Shown here: one piece after another, positions 60,499-64,000 of the stretch
Numbering within the stretch: position 1 is the stretch's first letter
Layout: the number at the start of each line of letters is the position of its first letter
Source of the DNA: Betaproteobacteria bacterium
GTDB lineage: Bacteria; Pseudomonadota; Gammaproteobacteria; Burkholderiales; JACQAP01
Assembly (NCBI GenBank): GCA_031362885.1
Contig: JANLTJ010000025.1
Span: forward strand, 19,021-83,020
DNA: 64,000 bases
Direction of reading: 5' to 3'
Notes under the pieces: model-generated
The model's input: the letters and a program-made list of their open reading frames with translations, nothing else
The model's database searches: none
Told to the model about the DNA's origin: nothing
Translations under genes and position numbers: made by a program

Positions 60499-60624
60499 GG
60501 CAAACCGTCTGATGAGCGTAAGGTGCCAATTGTAAGCGCAGCCGCAGGCAATCGCGCCGATTCGGGGGACACGCCGCCAGCCCGCGCGCCGCCCGCGTCC
60601 GTTCACTTGATAAAATCCGCATCC

Positions 60625-62223
60625 ATGAAATACGACTACATCATCATCGGCGCCGGGTCGGCCGGCTGCGTACTCGCGAATCGACTCAGCGCCAGCGCAC
60701 GGTACAACGTACTGTTGCTCGAAGCCGGACCGAAAGATACCAATCCCTGGATCCATATTCCTCTCGGCTACGGCAAGCTGTTCGCGGAGCCGGGCGTGAA
60801 CTGGATGTATCAGTCCGAACCGGAAACCCAATTGCATGGCCGCCGCATATTTACACCGCGCGGCAAGGTCCTCGGGGGTTCCAGTTCCATCAACGGCCTG
60901 GTCCACGTTCGCGGCCAGCGGGAAGATTTCGATGAATGGGCGCGCCTGGGCAATGCGGGTTGGGGCTTCAACGACGTGCTTGCCTATTTTCGAAAATCAG
61001 AGAATTACCAGCATGGCGAGAGCGCTTATCACGGAGCGGACGGCCCTCTTGCCGTGAGCGATCTTCCCGACAAACATAAACTCTGTGATGCGTTCATCGT
61101 GGCCGCGGCAGAGGCGGGCATCCCGCCCAACGACGACTTCAATGGCGTGTCTCAGGAAGGCGCGGGCTACTATCATGCGAGCGCACGCCAAGGCCGGCGC
61201 ATGAGTTGCGCGGTGGCCTACCTGCGTCCTGCGCGCCGGCGGGAAAATTTGCAGGTGATCACCGGCGCGCTCGCGACCCGCATTCACTTCGAGGGACAGC
61301 GCGCGGTCGCGGTCGAATACCACGCGGCAGGCGTATCCCGGACGGTTCGCGCGCATCGGGAAATCCTGTTGTGCGGCGGCGCGATCAACTCACCACAATT
61401 GTTGCAACTCTCCGGCGTGGGGCCGCGCGCCCTGCTTGAGCGTCATGGGGTGCCGGTAACGCACGATGCGCCCGGTGTGGGGGAAGGCTTGCAGGATCAT
61501 TTCTATGCGCGCACGGTGTGGAAATGCAGCAAACCGATCACAATCAACGACGCTGCGGGAACGCTTTCCGGACGCATCGCCATGGGACTTCGCTACGCGT
61601 TACTCCGGCGCGGTCCGCTCACCGTCAGCGCCGGTTACGCGGGCGCGTTTGCCAGAACCCGGCCGGAACTGGCGCGTCCGGACGTCCAGCTTTACCTCAT
61701 CAACTTCAGCACCGACAAAATGGGAACAAGACTGCATCGTTTCCCGGGATTTACCGTGTCGATGTCGCCACTGCAGCCCGGGTCGCGGGGGTCTGTGCGC
61801 ATTCGCTGCGCCGATGCGCGTGAGGCTCCGGCGATCCAGTACAATTTTCTGAGCACCGAACAGGACCGGCGCACCGTGATTGACGCGCTCAAACTGGTGC
61901 GCGGACTGATGAACACGAACGCCATGCGGCCCTATGTTCTGGCGGAACATGCACCGGGAACGCGCGTGGTTACCGATGACGACTGGCTTGAGTATGCGCG
62001 CGAGGTCGGTGGAACGGTTTATCACCCGACGTCCACTTGCCGCATGGGCCAGGACGCGCTCGCTGTGGTGGATGAGTGTCTGCGCGTGCGGGGGATTGCC
62101 GGCATGCGCGTGGTCGATGCATCGATCATGCCCAATGTCGTTTCGGGCAATACCAATGCGGCGACGATCATGATCGCGGAAAAAGCCGCCGACCTGATTC
62201 TGGCGGATGCGCGAGAAGCTTGA
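60625..62223 (+). CDS. GMC-family oxidoreductase (choline/alcohol dehydrogenase-like)
   Basis: Trimmed to ATG 60625. YDYIIIGAGSAGCVLANRLS, GGSSSINGL, and the C-terminal HPTSTCRMG. Confidence 0.92.
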   Translation: MKYDYIIIGAGSAGCVLANRLSASARYNVLLLEAGPKDTNPWIHIPLGYGKLFAEPGVNWMYQSEPETQLHGRRIFTPRGKVLGGSSSINGLVHVRGQREDFDEWARLGNAGWGFNDVLAYFRKSENYQHGESAYHGADGPLAVSDLPDKHKLCDAFIVAAAEAGIPPNDDFNGVSQEGAGYYHASARQGRRMSCAVAYLRPARRRENLQVITGALATRIHFEGQRAVAVEYHAAGVSRTVRAHREILLCGGAINSPQLLQLSGVGPRALLERHGVPVTHDAPGVGEGLQDHFYARTVWKCSKPITINDAAGTLSGRIAMGLRYALLRRGPLTVSAGYAGAFARTRPELARPDVQLYLINFSTDKMGTRLHRFPGFTVSMSPLQPGSRGSVRIRCADAREAPAIQYNFLSTEQDRRTVIDALKLVRGLMNTNAMRPYVLAEHAPGTRVVTDDDWLEYAREVGGTVYHPTSTCRMGQDALAVVDECLRVRGIAGMRVVDASIMPNVVSGNTNAATIMIAEKAADLILADAREA

Positions 62224-62280
62224 AAACAGGCGTCTAGCTTGCGCAGCGCACCCGCACAGTCCGCGAACCGGTAGCCGGGG

Positions 62281-62826
62281 TCAGGGCGAGTCAGCCGCCT
62301 CTGTCCCGGCGAAATCGCCGTCGTTCGGAGGGGCAACCGTCTCTTCTTGCAGCTGGGCGTATTTGCCGCTGGCGTACACCAGGGGCGCGCGCTCGCTGCG
62401 CTCGAAGCTGAGTATCTCGCCGACAAAAATCATGTGATCGCCGCCCGGAAAGCGTTCGGCATTGCGGCAGACAAAGCTCGCCGCTACGCCGTTGAGAAGC
62501 GGCACATCGGCGAGCGCCTTGCGCCAGGGCAGGCCGGCGAACTTGTCGCCGCCGGTTCTGGCAAATCTCTGGGACAAGGCGATCTGGTCCGCGGCGAGGA
62601 CATGCACCACGAAATGCGACGCCCGCACGAAGGCGTCGAAACTCGCGGAGCCGCGCGACAGACTCCACAGCGCCAGCGGCGGCGACAGCGATACCGCGTT
62701 GAACGAGTTTACGGTAAGTCCCACCGGCTCGCCTGATGCCGTGCGCGTGGTGATGATGGTGACGCCGGTGACAAATGCGCCAAACGCCCGGCGCAGCAGC
62801 GTTGGATCGATTGGCGCCAGACTCAT
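62281..62826 (-). CDS. flavin reductase (HpaC/RutF-like, two-component monooxygenase partner)
   Basis: 181 aa. FGAFVTGVTIITT...G.P.GLTVNSFNAVSLSPPL.LWSL. Confidence 0.88.
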   Translation of the reverse strand: MSLAPIDPTLLRRAFGAFVTGVTIITTRTASGEPVGLTVNSFNAVSLSPPLALWSLSRGSASFDAFVRASHFVVHVLAADQIALSQRFARTGGDKFAGLPWRKALADVPLLNGVAASFVCRNAERFPGGDHMIFVGEILSFERSERAPLVYASGKYAQLQEETVAPPNDGDFAGTEAADSP

Positions 62827-62842
62827 GGTGTTGTCAACAAGA

Positions 62843-64000
62843 TCAAGCGGCTCTGGCGACAGACGGCGTTGCCGCTTCCAGCGTCGGCCAGATGTGTTTC
62901 ATGAACTGCTCCAATTCCCAGATGACTTCGTCCTTGGGCTGCTGCGCATAGTGCCAGATCAGCGTCAGGTATTCGGTAGGGCACTTGGTGAATTCGTCCT
63001 GATAGAGCTTGCGTGTCTGCTCGAGCGTGCCACCGAGAAACAGGCCTGAATCCTTCATGTTCTGCACCCAGTCCACGCTGGCCGGCAACTGCGGAAAAAA
63101 CGGCGAGTAGAAATTCTTGTAGATGTCGAGGTCGTAATCGACCAGTTTGCGGTTGTAATCCTCGGGAGATTTGGCAATGTGCGTCCAGCGGCAGGAATTC
63201 TGCCGCTCTCCGAACTTGAAATTAAAACCGTGTTTGGCGGCCTCCTCCTGGTACATTTTCGCGTACTTCACCACCACGTCGCCCTTCGAGAAATGCACGA
63301 CGCGGAAGCCGTTGCGCGCGCAGTAGCGTACCGAAGGTTCGCTGCGGCTAACCGCCACGAAAATCGGCGGATGCGGCCTCTGGTAGGGCGCCGGCACCAC
63401 GCTGAAGCGGCGCAGCACGCCGTTGGCGTCGGCCTCGCCCTGGCCACCGGCACTTTGGGTAATCTTGTGCGCCGGATAACCGACGATCCCGGTATCGAGC
63501 GGATACGGCGCCTGGTAATACTTGCCGTCGAGGCGCACCGAATCCTCGGTCCAGCATTGCAACACCATGTTGACCCGTTCCTCGAATATCTGGCGATTGC
63601 GTTAATCGTCGCTGCTGCCGTCGGATAGCGTTGCGCGGGTTTCGGTGAATTGTCCCAGGGTATTGGTCCAGCGCGACTGGTAGCCACGTGCAAAACCGAC
63701 AAAATAACGGCCCTTGGTAATGTGGTCGAGAACGGCGGTCTCTTCGGCAACACGAATCGGATCCTGGGTCGCCATCACGTAGCCCAAGGCACCGACGTGG
63801 ATCTTCTTGAACTGCGAGGCCCACCACGCATTCAGAATGCCGGGATTGGGGCCAACTTCGTAGCCTTCCGAATGAAGATGATGCTCGATGGTGCTGGCGC
63901 CCCACACGCCGAGCTCTTCCGCGGCGCGGATGATATCGATCCAGTCGTGCAGGGCCTTGTGATACAGGTCGCGATTGCGCCCAATGGGACGTTTGCGCTT
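62843..64000 (-). pseudogene. LLM-class (luciferase-like) flavin monooxygenase with in-frame TAA; 5' end beyond window
   Basis: Two track ORFs in the same frame are separated by TAA at 63602-63604 (..TLSDGSSDD*RNRQIFEERVNMVLQCW..). The upstream frame stays open to position 64000 (..HDWIDIIRAAEELGVWGASTIEHH). Confidence 0.75.

Overview
GC-rich proteobacterial chromosome segment. Gene order (prmA-accC-accB-aroQ, dsbD-cutA, ilvIHC-psd-pssA-leuA) and protein similarity suggest a betaproteobacterium, which is an inference and not verified. Most of the window is housekeeping backbone: acetyl-CoA carboxylase, shikimate, DsbD/CutA, a polyphosphate cluster (ppx / sixA-CYTH-CHAD-ppk1), argA, rsmE, branched-chain amino-acid genes, phospholipid genes, NDH-2, a CzcCBA-like RND efflux operon, thioredoxin, CoA-transferase, D-aminoacylase, a GMC oxidoreductase, and a two-component flavin monooxygenase.

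Three accessory or decaying patches stand out.
(1) 19.1-22.0 kb is a mosaic inserted at the 3' end of an inositol-monophosphatase-family gene. It is bounded and subdivided by copies of a ~33-bp REP-like repeat. It holds a REP-associated tyrosine transposase (RAYT) with an in-frame TAG, a second RAYT fragment, and a low-GC cassette with a Rap1a-like orphan immunity gene.
(2) 40.7-47.3 kb is a defence island flanked by two unrelated HigBA modules. Its core is a fully overlapping five-gene operon: vsr, C5-methyltransferase, Eco29kI-like GIY-YIG nuclease, FRG-domain protein, and a nuclease-less DUF262 protein. This is my best candidate for an undescribed system.
(3) 50.2-59.4 kb is a rearranged, decaying region. 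A TPR-associated TRAP transporter operon is split by a 5.6-kb block. That block carries queC (in-frame TAG), a triple-PTPS QueD fusion, queE, a tandem kinase-pseudokinase, and one degenerate copy of a segmental duplication (sugar dehydrogenase - cytochrome c - small secreted protein).

I recognised no rRNA, tRNA or CRISPR array. ORF-track coordinates include the stop codon, and several track ORFs needed start-codon trimming.
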